Assembly (NCBI RefSeq): GCF_963676685.1
Contig: NC_092350.1
Location: 38,626,001 to 38,690,000, forward strand
Length of the DNA stretch: 64,000 bases
Direction: 5' to 3'
Source: Mytilus edulis
Taxonomy: Eukaryota
Below the pieces are notes generated by a model. It was not told the DNA's origin. It did no database searches and saw nothing but the letters and a program-made list of their open reading frames with translations. This document shows positions 11,501 through 24,830 of the stretch, one piece after another; position 1 is the first letter of the stretch, and each line of letters opens with the position of its first letter. The position numbers and the translations under genes were made by a program.

Positions 11501-13234
11501 ATGGATAAATTTTTGTGGATTTTGTTTATAGCTAATTTACAAATAAGTGGATTTTTGTCGAAACCGCGTTCTCGACCAAAAAGATTCACCGAGTTCTCTA
11601 TACAGTGCAGAGAGTATAATGATTTCACATGGGAATGTTTATGTCCTCAGAGAAACGTCATCATGACATTGAAAAATTCGGACGACGCCTATCTTGTATG
11701 TGGATTAGATTTCAAGCTCTCACTTCTGTCAAAAACACCTCATTATCAGGCAAATCAGCAAGAACTAGCCTCAGACTATGATAGGATGGTTCAACACGAG
11801 AGACCAACCAAGAACATCTGGAGTGATCATGAGTATCATCGGTCATCATCTTTTCAAAGGGAAGGATATGATCCACGCAAAGACCCAAAAGGTTATCAGA
11901 CGGGGAGTGATTGGAATGAAGTTGACCCGAACACGCACTTTAAACAAAATCCCCATGGAAATAAAGAAGACTACGATAGACCCAGGCCTGGTTACAACAA
12001 TATGGAACATCATAATCGTCAATCTCAACGGTACCCCGACGTAAATGATCGATATATAAATACTGAAGATGAGCAATTTCAAAGTAATGACGAAGAAAAT
12101 GGATACATTCAAAAACACAATGAAAAGTTTGGTAATGATGAATCATTTCAAAATAGAAATAATCTAAAGAAAAATAAGAATCCGCATTCAACAACGACAG
12201 ATCTATTTCAAAGAAATCCTTCGGCCACTATTACTACTACTACTACAGATGGTATGATTTCGCAAGAAAAACTTGATGAAAACCTACATGAAGTATTGTC
12301 CGGTTACCCGACTGACTCTAGTGAGATGAATGATACAAACACTGACAATGACGAGCAGGACATTTCAGTCGGTGCTGATTCTAAAACGGAAGATACGTCA
12401 CTGGAAAAAGAAGAAAATATTGACCAAGAGGTACCAGAACCTAATTCCGAGAATAATGTTAACGGGGAGAGACCGACTTATGAGCAAACACAAGAGACTT
12501 CCACGTCATTTATTTCCAAAAAGGAAATACCAGTCATACCCATCTATACCACCGTGCCAATTAAGTCTACATTGCTACAAAGTTCGAAAACTTTGGAAGA
12601 ACAAACCGTATCGAAACAGAATGTTAAAAGGAAAACCACAGTGCACAAAAATGACAAAACTGCAACAGTGAAACCTACAATTTATAAGAATGGACGTATT
12701 ATGACAGTTAAACCTGTAACTCAACAGAAAACACAAGAAGGAACAGAAATGCATGATACTAAACAGACTCATAGAACAGATGTGAATCAGGATACTAAGA
12801 GGCCGGAGATAACAATTCACAATGACAATAATGGTCGATCTATGTCGGGTATCGATACGAGATACAAAACTGACAAAACTGTTGCTACACAACAGAGAAT
12901 GAACTTCAATAGTGGCCCAATCGATAAAGGTGATTTCAGGGAAGACCCCGATACTGTTAAAAAAACAAATAATAGCACCAATGATAAGACAATACATGAT
13001 TCAAGGTACGCGGGTGACACAACTGGGATCAGTACTGGAGAAAATAAGAACGACACTTCCGGAGGATGTTATTTCTTTGGAAAAATGTTTTCAATTGGAC
13101 AGTTTTTGAAAATAAGTTCTGGTTGCATAATGATGTGTGTAAAGCAGAACATGATGAAACGAGACTGTACGAGAACACATACGTTACAGAATAAACCTGA
13201 CCCAAATAACGCCATTGCCAACTGGCATCCTTAA
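11501..13234 (+). CDS. Uncharacterised secreted 577-aa protein, single coding exon; Cys modules at both ends with a low-complexity core
   Basis: Long ORF with aaacaATG context, hydrophobic leader MDKFLWILFIANLQISGFLS and an RPKR furin-type site. It has a 4-Cys N-terminal module, Y/H/R/D/N-rich, acidic and K/T-rich blocks, and a C-terminal GCYFFGKMFSIG...CIMMC...C module. AATAAA at 13508-13513. Confidence 0.85.
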   Translation: MDKFLWILFIANLQISGFLSKPRSRPKRFTEFSIQCREYNDFTWECLCPQRNVIMTLKNSDDAYLVCGLDFKLSLLSKTPHYQANQQELASDYDRMVQHERPTKNIWSDHEYHRSSSFQREGYDPRKDPKGYQTGSDWNEVDPNTHFKQNPHGNKEDYDRPRPGYNNMEHHNRQSQRYPDVNDRYINTEDEQFQSNDEENGYIQKHNEKFGNDESFQNRNNLKKNKNPHSTTTDLFQRNPSATITTTTTDGMISQEKLDENLHEVLSGYPTDSSEMNDTNTDNDEQDISVGADSKTEDTSLEKEENIDQEVPEPNSENNVNGERPTYEQTQETSTSFISKKEIPVIPIYTTVPIKSTLLQSSKTLEEQTVSKQNVKRKTTVHKNDKTATVKPTIYKNGRIMTVKPVTQQKTQEGTEMHDTKQTHRTDVNQDTKRPEITIHNDNNGRSMSGIDTRYKTDKTVATQQRMNFNSGPIDKGDFREDPDTVKKTNNSTNDKTIHDSRYAGDTTGISTGENKNDTSGGCYFFGKMFSIGQFLKISSGCIMMCVKQNMMKRDCTRTHTLQNKPDPNNAIANWHP

Positions 13235-14533
13235 TGTCAAATACATGTACATCTAATGACAGGAATGTTCAATTCATTTTTAATTTATTCAAACCATGAT
13301 GATGTGAATATTATTTTTATCATAGTTGTACATTATATTATAAATGGTAATCAAAATGAGAATTATTATATAGTTCATAATTATACTTTTAAAATTTTGA
13401 TGAACAAATAACACTGTAACATTTTAAATCCATCACTGAGTATTTGAAGTAACCTTTGAGTATACAAGGGAAAAAAGCGCAATAAGATTTCAGACTTCTT
13501 TTTGTAAAATAAATACACATTTGTAACCCGTTAAAAACTTCAAATTATCGTCAGAGATGTAACGTTCATTGTTGAAGTCACGAACAATTTGTCAAGTATC
13601 GAGGTATTGACATATGGTTTTGATGCTTGATTATTGATAAAGACGGTATGTTGCCTTGTGCTCATCAGTTGTTATGTTATATGAATGATTTAGTTATTAT
13701 CTGTTTTATTTTCTCAAACAAACAAATAGGATTGGACACAGTTTTAACTGACATAAGATATCGAATACATCATAAAGATCATTGTAATTGTTATATTGAT
13801 GCTTAAATGCTCATCCCACAATATTTAATTTATTCTCAAATTCTATAACACATATATTTAAATTCATTCACGGCTATTATTATTGCATTGTATACCACGA
13901 AGCCCTGTTGCTCTCATTCAGATACGCAGTTGTGTTGGTTTTTTTTAAATGGTACGCGCTTGACTTTAAAACACAACTCTTTATCTCTATGAGAAAAACG
14001 CGAGGCACCGTATAGTATAATACCGATTTTAAATTAACTAGTACAATAGCAATAGTTCCTTATAGGTCTTTTTTTAACGATACTACAGACTGTGATATTC
14101 CATTGGTGTGTGTGGTTTTTTTTTTAATTTATAAGGATTTTTATATGTTAAACAATTATTGTAAGTTCGATCATACATACAAAACACAATAGTTGTGTAC
14201 TGTAATATTGTACAGAGGGAATATGAATTTGATGAAAAAATTCAGAACAAAACGACCGTGTTTCTGTTACATTAATTTAGACATCAACTTAACTCGTTGA
14301 CAAAAGTTTAGAATTTGATTTACCTTAACATAACTTAGGAATGTTTATCTAGAAATTAACTTTATAAGCAAAACCTATCAACACAACACAACCATGTATT
14401 TTAAGTAAATCTCGTTCGACAGTTTTAGTGGATTACTTTTTCGTTTAACGTATTGTGTGTTTTGCTTTCCCCACTGACATGGCTGTACAATGCAGGTAGA
14501 TTATCATTGAAATCGATACTTTCACTTGTACGA

Positions 14534-14915
14534 ATATAGTCCCTAGTGTGGACAGTTCGTTTCATGCCAATTTTTTTATACCCTTTCCAAATTTATTTCT
14601 TCATGTTTTATGCCTCAAATAGCAAGTTACACTGTAAAAAAATTGGGTCATAACTTTGAAAGTCAAGTAGTGATTTGGTCCAGCTGAAAAGGTAAAAATA
14701 AGCATTAAATTTTATGAATCTGTCAAAAGATTTCAAAACCCCCTTAACATAAAATTATCCATATTTTAAGTTAGAGCTGATGAAGTTTTCTGTACTTTTT
14801 ATATAATTTGTCCCAAAAGTAGTACAACACACTGAAAAAATGTTATTGAGAAAGCGCAGGTGGGATTTTAATTGTCTAAAAGAAATGCACAACGAAATAA
14901 CTGTGGTCTCGGACC
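14534..14915. mobile_element. Truncated inverted copy of the MITE at 43583-44032
   Basis: Reverse-complement similarity throughout; ends gtggtctcggacc. Confidence 0.75.
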
Positions 14916-15840
14916 ATATACATGTATGTACTACGCAGAGGGGTACATGGCGAATTCTACTGAGGTTGTTTTACTCACGTGTCTTTTTTTTTTATATATA
15001 AATTTGGGTTATAATGTACTTGTTCATTTTTCTTTCTTTTAACGGGGGTGAGCAATATTCGAAATTTGCACACATTTTTTTCTTTAAATAATGCCGTTTC
15101 AAAGCCATATATTTCTGCTGGTTAAAACATATTTCAGTAACAAGACATAATGTTGTTAAAATCGTTAAACGAACATGTATACACATGCAAATTTACAAGG
15201 ATATTGTAAATTATGAAAAAGTTGAAGAAGTTTTTTTAATATATTCCCGTTGGGAAATAAGCTTGTGGTACATATGTCTTTCCTCTTTTATTAAAACATG
15301 TGCATGTACATGTATTCCCTCAGACGTGTAAAATTAGCTTTGCATACGTTGATATTAGCGCTGGTATATTTGGTTTTGATTATTTTCAGCATATTGTTTC
15401 GACGATTATATTCAAAATTGTAACGAAAACACACCTGGATGTAAGCAAATATATGTCTCTGTACGACCTTTGACATTGAGCAAAACGGTATAGTCAGCTA
15501 TAAAATACCCCGATATGACAAATCGTGAAACAATTCAAACGAAAAAAATCCACAGCCTGGTTTAAATGGCAAACCAAAAAACGATAAACTAATATTACGA
15601 ACAGCAACCAACGTCAACCACTGAATTATAATTTTAACCCTGGCTATGTTACTACTGTCGTGGTGTTAAACATTTGTGATAGCTAAATTATCTGGAACAG
15701 ACTCAGTGCCTGATGTAACAGCATGTACATAAGATAAAATTCTTATACAAGTTACAAAATAGGAAAAAAATGTTTTTTTGTTGGTAAGGGCTGCATGGAC
15801 TTTTCAGATCATATACTATAAATAAGCAGAAGAACAGCTA

Positions 15841-16933
15841 AACAAGAGTGCACACACTGAAATGTCTCGCCTTCTTTACTAATCATTGATATTATGTTGA
15901 TAGTCCTAAGTATAAAGCTTTATTACAACTGTCACATAAACTTAACATTAACCAAGATAGCTAAACAAAGACCAATGAACCATGAAAATGAGGTCAAGGT
16001 CAGATGAACCATACCAGGCAGACATGTACAGCTAACAAAGCTTCCATACAACAAATATAGTTGACCTATTACTTATAGTTTAAGAAAAATAGACCAAAAC
16101 ACAAAAACTTAACACTGTGCAATGAACCGTGCAATTGAGGTCATGGTCAAATAAAACTGCGGGACTGACATATAGATCATAATATATTTCCATACACCAA
16201 ATATAGCTGACCTTTGGCATATAATATTAGATAAAAAGACCAAAACTTAAAAACTTAACTTTGACCACTGAACCATGAAAATGAGGTCAAGGTCACATGA
16301 CATCTGCCCGCTAGACATGTACACCTTACAATCATTCCATACAACAAATATAGTAGACCTATTGCATAAAGTATGAGAAAAACAGACCAAAAACACAAAA
16401 ACTTAACTATAACCACTGAACCATGAAAATGAGGTCAAGGTCAGATAACACCTGCCAGTTGGACATGTACACCTTCCAGTCCTTCCATACACCAAATATA
16501 CTAGCCCTATTGCTTATAGTATCTGAGATATGGACTTGACCACCAAAACTTAACCTTGTTCACTGATCCATGAAATGAGGTCAAGGTCAAGTGAAAACTG
16601 TCTGACGGGCATGAGGACCTTGCAAGGTACGCACATACCAAATATAGTTATCCTATTACTTATAATAGGAGAGAATTCAACATTACAAAAATTCTGAACT
16701 TTTTTTTCAAGTGGTCACTGAACCATGAAAATGAGGTCAAGGACATTGAACATGTGACTGACGGAAACTTCGTAATATGAGGCATCTATATACAAAGTAT
16801 GAAGCATCAAGGTCTTTCGCCTTCTAGAATATAAACCTTTTAAGAAGTTAGCTGACTCCACCGCCGTAGCCACCGCCGGATCATTATCCCCATGTCGAGC
16901 TTTCTGCAACAAAAGTTGCAGGCTCGACAAAAA
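15841..16933 (+). mobile_element. HINE-like element with ~140-bp internal tandem repeats
   Basis: Repeated gaaccatgaaaatgaggtcaaggtca units, a (GCC)n tract and terminal hairpin tgtcgagc..tgcaac..gttgca..gctcgaca. Confidence 0.75.
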
Positions 16934-17232
16934 CCTAACATAAACAATTCACAGTATCGATATTAGAGGTCTCACAGTAACGGAAGGCTTTTATAGTTCA
17001 CATCTCTATAATTCTTTTAGCATATGTAAAAAAACACAGAGAAGTTCTTGTGTAAATACAAATTGTACGATTCTTGTTTTTTTCTTATGGTAACGTTATT
17101 TGTTTTTAATGTTGTTGTGATTTGTTGGCATGCCGTATATTTGGTATTTTGTATCAAAAGGAAGCTATCATATTGAAGTAAGAAACACGCCTTTTGGATG
17201 CGGTTTCTCTCTCTCGCTCTCGCTGTTTGGAA

Positions 17233-17390
17233 CAGAGGCGGATTTAGGGGGGGGAAGGGGGCCCGGGCTCCCCTTTTTTTGGAAAAAAATTGGTTGCTTA
17301 TATAGGGAATCACTGAAGCGTGACTAAAGTGGGCCCCCTCTTAGGCAGTCAGTGGGCCCCCACTTATGAAAATTTCTAGATCCGCCACTG
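17233..17390. mobile_element. G/C-rich MITE related to 7669-7830
   Basis: tggaa|cagaggcggatttag ... ctagatccgccactg|ttgaa (5-bp TSD with one mismatch). Confidence 0.8.
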
Positions 17391-18194
17391 TTGAAGACTC
17401 AATGGTGGCCTTCGGCTGTTGTTCTGCTCTTTGTTCGGGTTGTTTTCTCTTTGATACATTCCCCATTTCCATTCTTATTTTTATTCCCACAGATTTTAAT
17501 CATATAAGGAAAATAATTTCAATACTACAGGAAAATGTCATCAACTAAATTCAGAAGATTTACGTGCTCAGGGCTTTGTATTTGCCAAACATGTGCTTGT
17601 TAAACTGTACACATCAAACTTACGTATATATATATACATCCTGTACAATTAATCGGACATTCCATTAGAGAGCATTCTAACTTTTGTTTGAAGTATTGCA
17701 GTCTGAAAGCCTTTGTATTTGAGAAATATCACTATCATCGATTTTAGTAAAAAACAAATTTGATTGGATGGATGGTCATTCATGACTCGCTTTTCAGACT
17801 TGGACTGCTGCTCCTGAGTATTCCCACAAGGATATATTACCAGGCATTACTTGCCACTCTTAAAATTGTAAAATTTCTGTTCATCTCACTGCGAATTCGA
17901 TTTAATTTCAAATTTTTGTTTTTTGTTTTTTACACATGTTGCATTTATATATATGGTTACTCATGACATATGTTACAATTCTTTGAAAACCTAGTTCTGT
18001 ATAATTATTCCTTTTGGTATTATAGGTGTCTGAATATTATATAGGGTTATTGGAGTTTTGCGAATGCCAATACATTAGTTAAGGCCATATCATGCAGTGT
18101 AATATATCCTAGCGGCTTTGCAAGTTCATGTATATATAATGACAATACCGAGAATATCATGGAGGTTATTCATGTGTTTCTTATAGTATACAAA

Positions 18195-18860
18195 AGAAGA
18201 TGTGGTATGATTTCCATAGCGACAACTCTTCACAAGAGACCAAACGACAGTGACATTAACAACTATAGGTCAATGCATATGACCTTCAACCTTTAGCAAA
18301 GTCCATTCCGCGTAGTCAGCTATAAAAGGCCTCAAAATGACAAAATAAACAATTCAACTAGAAAATTAACGACCTAGTTTATGTCCCAATATAATGACCG
18401 AAAAAACAAATATTTTACACAGCAGTAAACGACAACTACTGAATTACAGGCTCCTGACTTGGGACAGCACATACAAAATGTAGCGGGGTTAAACTCGTTT
18501 GAAGGCGCAAAACTTCCCCTTACCTTGGAAAGTGGTGTAACCGTACAACATAAGAACAAAATATGAAGTTCAACTGAAAAAGGCTGAACTCATCAGATAG
18601 ATACAAATAGAACTACATCTAACAAAAACACCAGAGTTGACGTGGACGGGTACACATCCACACAACGGAAAGACACTACCTACAGGTACACAGATATGAG
18701 GGTGCTTGCAGTTACTAACAGCTAGTTCAAAGCCTATAATAACTCATGTAAAAAAATTATGAATCTAAAATAACGACTAAAATATCAATTGGTACACATC
18801 CAATCTCTCGTGGATTTAGAATCATTTAGTGTAAAGACGTAATAAACCGTCAGAGAAAAC
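18195..18860. repeat. Dispersed repeat family (unclassified); related copy ~59040-59750 and short tails at ~910-1003, 3915-3980, 22117-22220, 25300-25435, 51280-51393, 58660-58915
   Basis: Shared motif gagagttgtctcattggcaatcataccacatcttc on either strand, and ttact(a/g)acagctagttcaaagcc. Confidence 0.7.
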
Positions 18861-19306
18861 CTGACATTTTTCAAAGAAAAACTAACTTTTAGTTTGTAGT
18901 GATCAAAGTGACTGGTAAAATTCGTAGTTAATGCCGCTTTAAGTTATACTTAAATTCATAAACATGTTTCGTTTTGGGCATCCGGTATATGATTTGTATA
19001 GCAGGGTAGTATGAATAAACTGTCTGCTTGAGATAAAATTGTATTTAATTCAAAGATGTTTACACTCATGGATAATACATCTCCATTGTCCGACTGTTAT
19101 CTCTTCTTTTTTTTGTTTCATCGATGTAAACGCTAAAAAGAGAAATTGATTATGCATCAATTCAATGTGTTACATAACTATATAAACAGATCAACAATTA
19201 TCTGTACTTTGATCCTATCCTTACTGAAGATACACTACTTTACATTAATAATTCATATTAAGCAACCAATCTTATAAAATTTCTAGAATCAAGAATGGAA
19301 TCTGTA

Positions 19307-21622
19307 AACTAGAGGCTCTAAAGAGCCTGTGTCGCTCACCTTGGTCTATGTGCATATTAAACAAAGGACACAAATGGATTCATGACAAAATTGTATTTTG
19401 GTGATGGTGATGTGTTTGAAGTTCTTACTTTACTGAACGATTTTGCTTCTTACAATTATATCTATAATGAACTTTGCCCATTAGTAACAGAGAACTATAT
19501 TTGGTAAAAATTTACATATATTTACCAAATCAATGAAAATTGTTAAAAATTGACTATAAAGGGCAATAACTCCTTAAGGGGTCAATTGACCATTTAGGTC
19601 ATGTTGACTTATTTGTAGATCTTACTTTGCTGAACATTATTGCTGTTTACAGTTTATCGCTATCTATAATAGTATTCAAGATAACCAAAAACGGCAAAAT
19701 TTCTATAAAAATTACCAATTGGAGGGCAGCAACCCAACAACCAGTTGTCCAATTCATCTGAAAAATTCAGGGCAGATAGATATTGACTTGATTAACAATT
19801 TAACTTCTTGTCAGATTTGCTCTAGATGCTTTGAATTCATAGTTATAAGCCAAAAACTGCATTTTACCCCTATGTTCTATTTTCAGCCGTGGCGGCCATC
19901 TTGGTTGAATGGCCAGGTCATCGGACACATTTTTCAAACTAGATACCCCAAAGATGATTGTGGCCTAGTAGTTTCAGTGGAGATTTTGTAAAAGATTACT
20001 TTGATTTATGAAAAATGGTTAAAGATTGACTATAAAGGGCAATAACTCCTAAAGGGGTCAACTGACCATTTTGGTCATGTTGACTTATTTGTAGATCTTA
20101 CTTTGCTGAACATTATTGCTGTTTACAATTTATCTCTATCTATAATAATATTCAAGATAATAACTAAAAACAGCAAAATTTCCTCAAAATTACCAATTCA
20201 GGGGCAGCAACCCAACAACCGATTGACCGATTCATCTGAAAATTTCAGGGCAGATAGATCTTGACCTGATAAACATTTTTATCCCCATGTCAGATTTCCT
20301 CAAAATGCTTTGGTTTTTGAGTTATAAGCCAAAAACTGCATTTTACCCCTATGTTCTATTTTTAGCGGTGGCGGCCATCTTGGTTGGTTGACCAGGTCAC
20401 GCCACACATTTTTTAAACTAGATACCCCAAAGATGATTGTGGCCAAGTTTGGATTAATTTGGCCCAGTAGTTTCAGAGGAGAAGATTTTTGTAAAAGATT
20501 AATTTAATTTATGAAAAATGGTTAAAATTGACTATAAAGGGCAATAACTCCTAAACGGGTCAACTGACCATTTTGGTCATGTTGACTTATTTGTAGATCT
20601 TACTTTGCTGAACATTGTTGCTGTTTACAGTTTATCTCTATCTATAATAATATTCAAGATAATAACCAAAAACAGCAAAATTTCCTCAAAATTACCAATT
20701 CAGGGGCAGCAACCCAACAACCGATTGACTGATTCATCTGAAAATTTCAGGGCAGATAGATCTTGACCTGATAAAGATTTTTATCCCGTCAGATTTCCTC
20801 AAAATGCTTTGGTTTTTGAGTTATAAGCCAAAAACTGCATTTTACCCCTTTGTTCTATTTTTAGCCGTGGCGGCCATCTTGGTTGGTTGACCAGGTCACG
20901 CCACACATTTTTTAAACTAGATACCCCAAAGATGATTGTGGCCAAGTTTGGATTAATTTGGCCCAGTAGTTTCAGAGGAGAAGATTTTTGTAAAAGATTA
21001 CTTTAATTAACGAAAAATGGTTAAAAATTGACTATAAAGGGCAATAACTCCTAAACGGGTCAACTGACTGTTTTGGTCATGTTGACTTATTTGTAGATCT
21101 TACTTTGCTGAACATTATTGCTGTTTACAGTTTATCTCTATCTATAATAATATTCAAGATAATAACCAAAAACAGCAAAATTTCCTCAAAATTACCAATT
21201 CAGGGGCAGCAACCCAACAACCGATTGACCGATTCATCTGAAAATTTCAGGGCAGATAGATCTTGACCTGATAAACATTTTTACCCCATGTCAGATTTGC
21301 TCTAAATGCTTTGGTTTTTGAGTTATAAGCCAAAAACTGCATTTTACCCCTATGTTCTATTTTTAGCCGTGGCGGCCATCTTGGTTGGTTGACCGGGTCA
21401 CGCCACACATTTTTTTAACTAGATACCCCAATGATGATTGTGGCCAAGTTTGGTTTGATTTGGCCCAGTAGTTTCAGAGGAGAAGATTTTTGTAAAAGTT
21501 AACGACGACGGACGACGACGACGGACGACGGACGACGGACGACGACGGACGACGGACGCCGGACGCCGGACGCCAAGTGATGAGAAAAGCTCACTTGGCC
21601 CTTCGGGCCAGGTGAGCTAAAA
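19307..21622 (+). mobile_element. HINE-like element carrying four ~500-bp tandem units
   Basis: gactataaagggcaataactcct recurs at ~19552, 20028, 20530 and 21030; (GACG/GAC)n tract; terminal hairpin agctcacttggccc-ttc-gggccaggtgagct. Confidence 0.8.
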
Positions 21623-22221
21623 ATAAGAATGTGTCCCTAGTACACGGATGCCCTATTCGCACTATCATTTTCTATGTTCAATGTACCGTGAAAATGGGAG
21701 AAAATCTCTAATATGGCATTAAAATTAGAACGATCCACATAACATAAGGAACATGTGTACTAAGTTTCAAGTTGATTAGACTTCAACTTTATCAAAAACT
21801 ACCTCGACCCAAAACTTTAACCTGAAGTTGGACAGACGAACGGACGCAGACCAGAAAACATAAAAAGTGGGTTTTTTTTATGTACATTTTGTATATGTAT
21901 GACACATTTTGTTCTATTCTCAAACTATTTATGATACGATGGAAGACGCGTTTATATATTTTTTATTTTTTTAGATGCAATAACCCTAAAAGCATGTCGG
22001 TAATGGTTTTTGTTAAACATGGTACACCCGCAAATGATGCAATTACAATGGTATTAAAATCCTTGATCTAGTTTTATCTTCAATCTACCAAAAAAAAAAG
22101 GAAGGAATGCATGCATGTTGAAGGTCGTACGGTGACCTATAGTTGTTAATGTCTGTGTCATTTTGGTCTCTTGAGGACAGTTGTCTCATTGGCAATCATA
22201 CCACATCTTCTTTTTTATATG

Positions 22222-24127
22222 TCACGCTGAAACACTTACATCGCAAAAATCCGCCATATCACAGCTGCCTGATAAAATGCGTAACACACCATGGCAGCAA
22301 TATCTATACCCACATAGCTCGTATCGGGTACCAGCTAACGTGTAACTAGTAAAGGTATTGTGCGCGAGGTCAATAACAGTTGTATTATCAATCCTCTTCA
22401 TGCAATCAGCTCCCGGAACTTCAAAAGTTGGGGCTTCCGTAACTGGTTCGAAATCCACACCACTTGGGCATCGACTGAATCTTAACGACAAAAATTCTGC
22501 CTGCAAATTAGAGAAGTAGTATTTATACACTCAAAAGTACATATACAGAGAAAAACAGTTAATATGTATCAGCTCTTTATTTAAATTCAAACTGTATTTG
22601 GTATTTCTAAACTATGATCATTCTGATAGTCTATATTCAGAGGTCGATATTTAAGTTTATAAAATCAAGCTATATACGATCCTTTACGACAGATATTTAG
22701 CTAATCTGCCATGAATTCAATCTTCATATCTAATACAATTATCATATGATGTGTGTTACAACTCTAGATTCTACTGACGAGGAAATTTAACAAAAGGCTG
22801 AATTTAAAGTTCAGTCTAGGTGGCCGAGCAGTCTAGATCGATTGACACAGTGCAGGTGGTGTTGTCTCGATATGCCAATAGCCGAATCTCGGCGAGGGAA
22901 GAACAACCATTTGCTTCCGCAAATTTGCAAGTATAACATTGTTGTGCTGACATTAAAAATAGTTATGAATATAAAATGTGTTTTCAGCCGTGCATCACCT
23001 TCACTGGCGATCCAATCAATGGATAGGGTTAAATTACGTGTTTGTTGGACCCTTAACTCTCTCCTTAAATTTGTCAGTTCAAAATCAAAAAGTACCTAAC
23101 ATATTTAATATGTTTATTTATTCATGAAATGCACATTTATACCCCTGGGGGTTGAAGGCATATACAAACAATACAATACAATATACACAATGGAAAAATG
23201 AACATATTAAAAATCATATATAAATGATAAAACAGTAATATTTATGCAGGCGTTGTGTCCACTCCCCTCAGTGCAAATGACTTTTTAATGAACGGAACAG
23301 TAAGCTGCATAAAATATGACTACATGTATATTATCCCGGAGAAATGAACAACAAAAACTTCATTTCAACAATAACCAATATTGTCACATCAACGTTAACT
23401 GCAAATGGTGACCAAAGATACTGCAAGCTCAGAATATTGAACCTTAATAATGTCTTATTATATATACGATAAAAGGTTAGCTCAACATTTCTTATTCGAA
23501 TCTTGCATTGCTTTTGCTTACACACTTAAAATCTTTTAAGAAAAACGACAAAATGTAAAATAAAATGAATCGAATTTATGCACTCTTTCAAACATTCTCT
23601 TAAATTTACATATTTAAAAATCTAAGGAAAGAAAAATGCAAATTATGCCACACATAAAACAGCAATATATGACATAATTGAAACCCTGTAAATACCTTGT
23701 GCGTTTCATTGCAGACAATAACAAACGGATCGTGACGGTAATTGGTGTGGTTAAATGATATAATAGATTCAGCAGCAAAACCGTCCGGACAAGAATCACC
23801 GAGGTATAAATTTGTATCAAGTGGCGATCTTGTATGTCCTGGACCAAATTCAAGATTGAATGTCCCGAGTCCAAGGTCGTAAGGGTTCCCTCTTCTATCA
23901 AGGAAAAGTGGAGTTCCATCTTCATCACATACTAAAATACATTCTTCAGTCCACTTCAAAACCTGACTTGGAGTATCAGTGGAACATCTATCTTTGAAAT
24001 AATCATACAACGTTCGCCAGTCCTTTGAAAAGAATATCTCACTCAATCTACTACGTTTACGGATATCATGATCTTCAGAACAAATATAAAACGGTAGAAC
24101 AACTAAGATAATGTATAGTAAGTTCAT
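22222..24127 (-). CDS. Uncharacterised secreted Cys-rich protein, 236 aa; exons 24127-23696 and 22500-22222
   Basis: Signal-like MNLLYIILVVLPFYICS, then an acidic spacer EDHDI and RKR. Donor CACAAG|gtattt and acceptor ttgcag|GCAGAA join in phase 0. 12 Cys in the predicted mature part. Confidence 0.8.
22814..22960 (+). mobile_element. Probable tRNA-derived SINE relic
   Basis: A-box-like ggtggccgagcagtcta and degenerate B-box-like ccgaatctc; no cloverleaf. Confidence 0.45.
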
Positions 24128-24830
24128 GCTTAAAGACTTGGCTGTGAACGTCGAACAATCTTCACACGGAGAAAAAAAAGGGTAAATAGATATGTTTGGT
24201 AAGTATGTAAGTAAATACAAATTCAGGTATTGTTTGGGGACGAATCAGTACTTCGTTATGTAAGACAAATAATTCCTGTTTTTACACCAATTTCTTTAAA
24301 CATTGTGCCTCTATGTATTCTAATAAGCGTTTGTTTAGTTAACATTTCAAATAATGGAATGTTATATAGCATATTTTAAACATTCAAAAATCAAACTTCC
24401 TTAATGTACCTCATATTTGTTCTGCTTAATAATCATTCATGTATTGTTTTGAACGTTTATAGGTTTGACTTAAGACACAATGCCAACCAACATGTTACTT
24501 ATACGAACAAAAAAGTATGTAAAGATATCATGCCTTTGAATAAATTAACTAACCCTTACTAAGGTTATAAGTTTATTATGTTTCGTTCGATGACATGATG
24601 GCATTGTTTCGTATGTTTGAGGTAATGGTGAAATGGCAACATTCGTACAAACTTTTATAAACATGCCCTTACTCAGCACTATATTTTGACACATGTGGAG
24701 CAGGATCTGTATACTCTTCCCGGTGTTGCTCAGTCCTGTTTACTTTTTTATACTGTTGTCTGTGTGTGTGGTCGTTTGTCGTTCTTTTGCCATTGCATTG
24801 ACATTTTTTTTTATCGAAAAATGAGTTTGA

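Noticed and set aside
11778-13109. Multiple overlapping alternative-frame and antisense ORFs within the 577-aa gene (similarly 46092-46331, 52641-53400)
   Set aside because: Shadow ORFs expected over real coding sequence.
9160-13234. Endogenous virus, suggested by closely packed intronless head-to-head ORFs
   Set aside because: No viral hallmark motifs, terminal repeats or further gene-dense sequence; the 577-aa product looks like a host secreted protein.
22814-22900. tRNA-like A-box
   Set aside because: No acceptor stem or cloverleaf; better explained as a SINE head.
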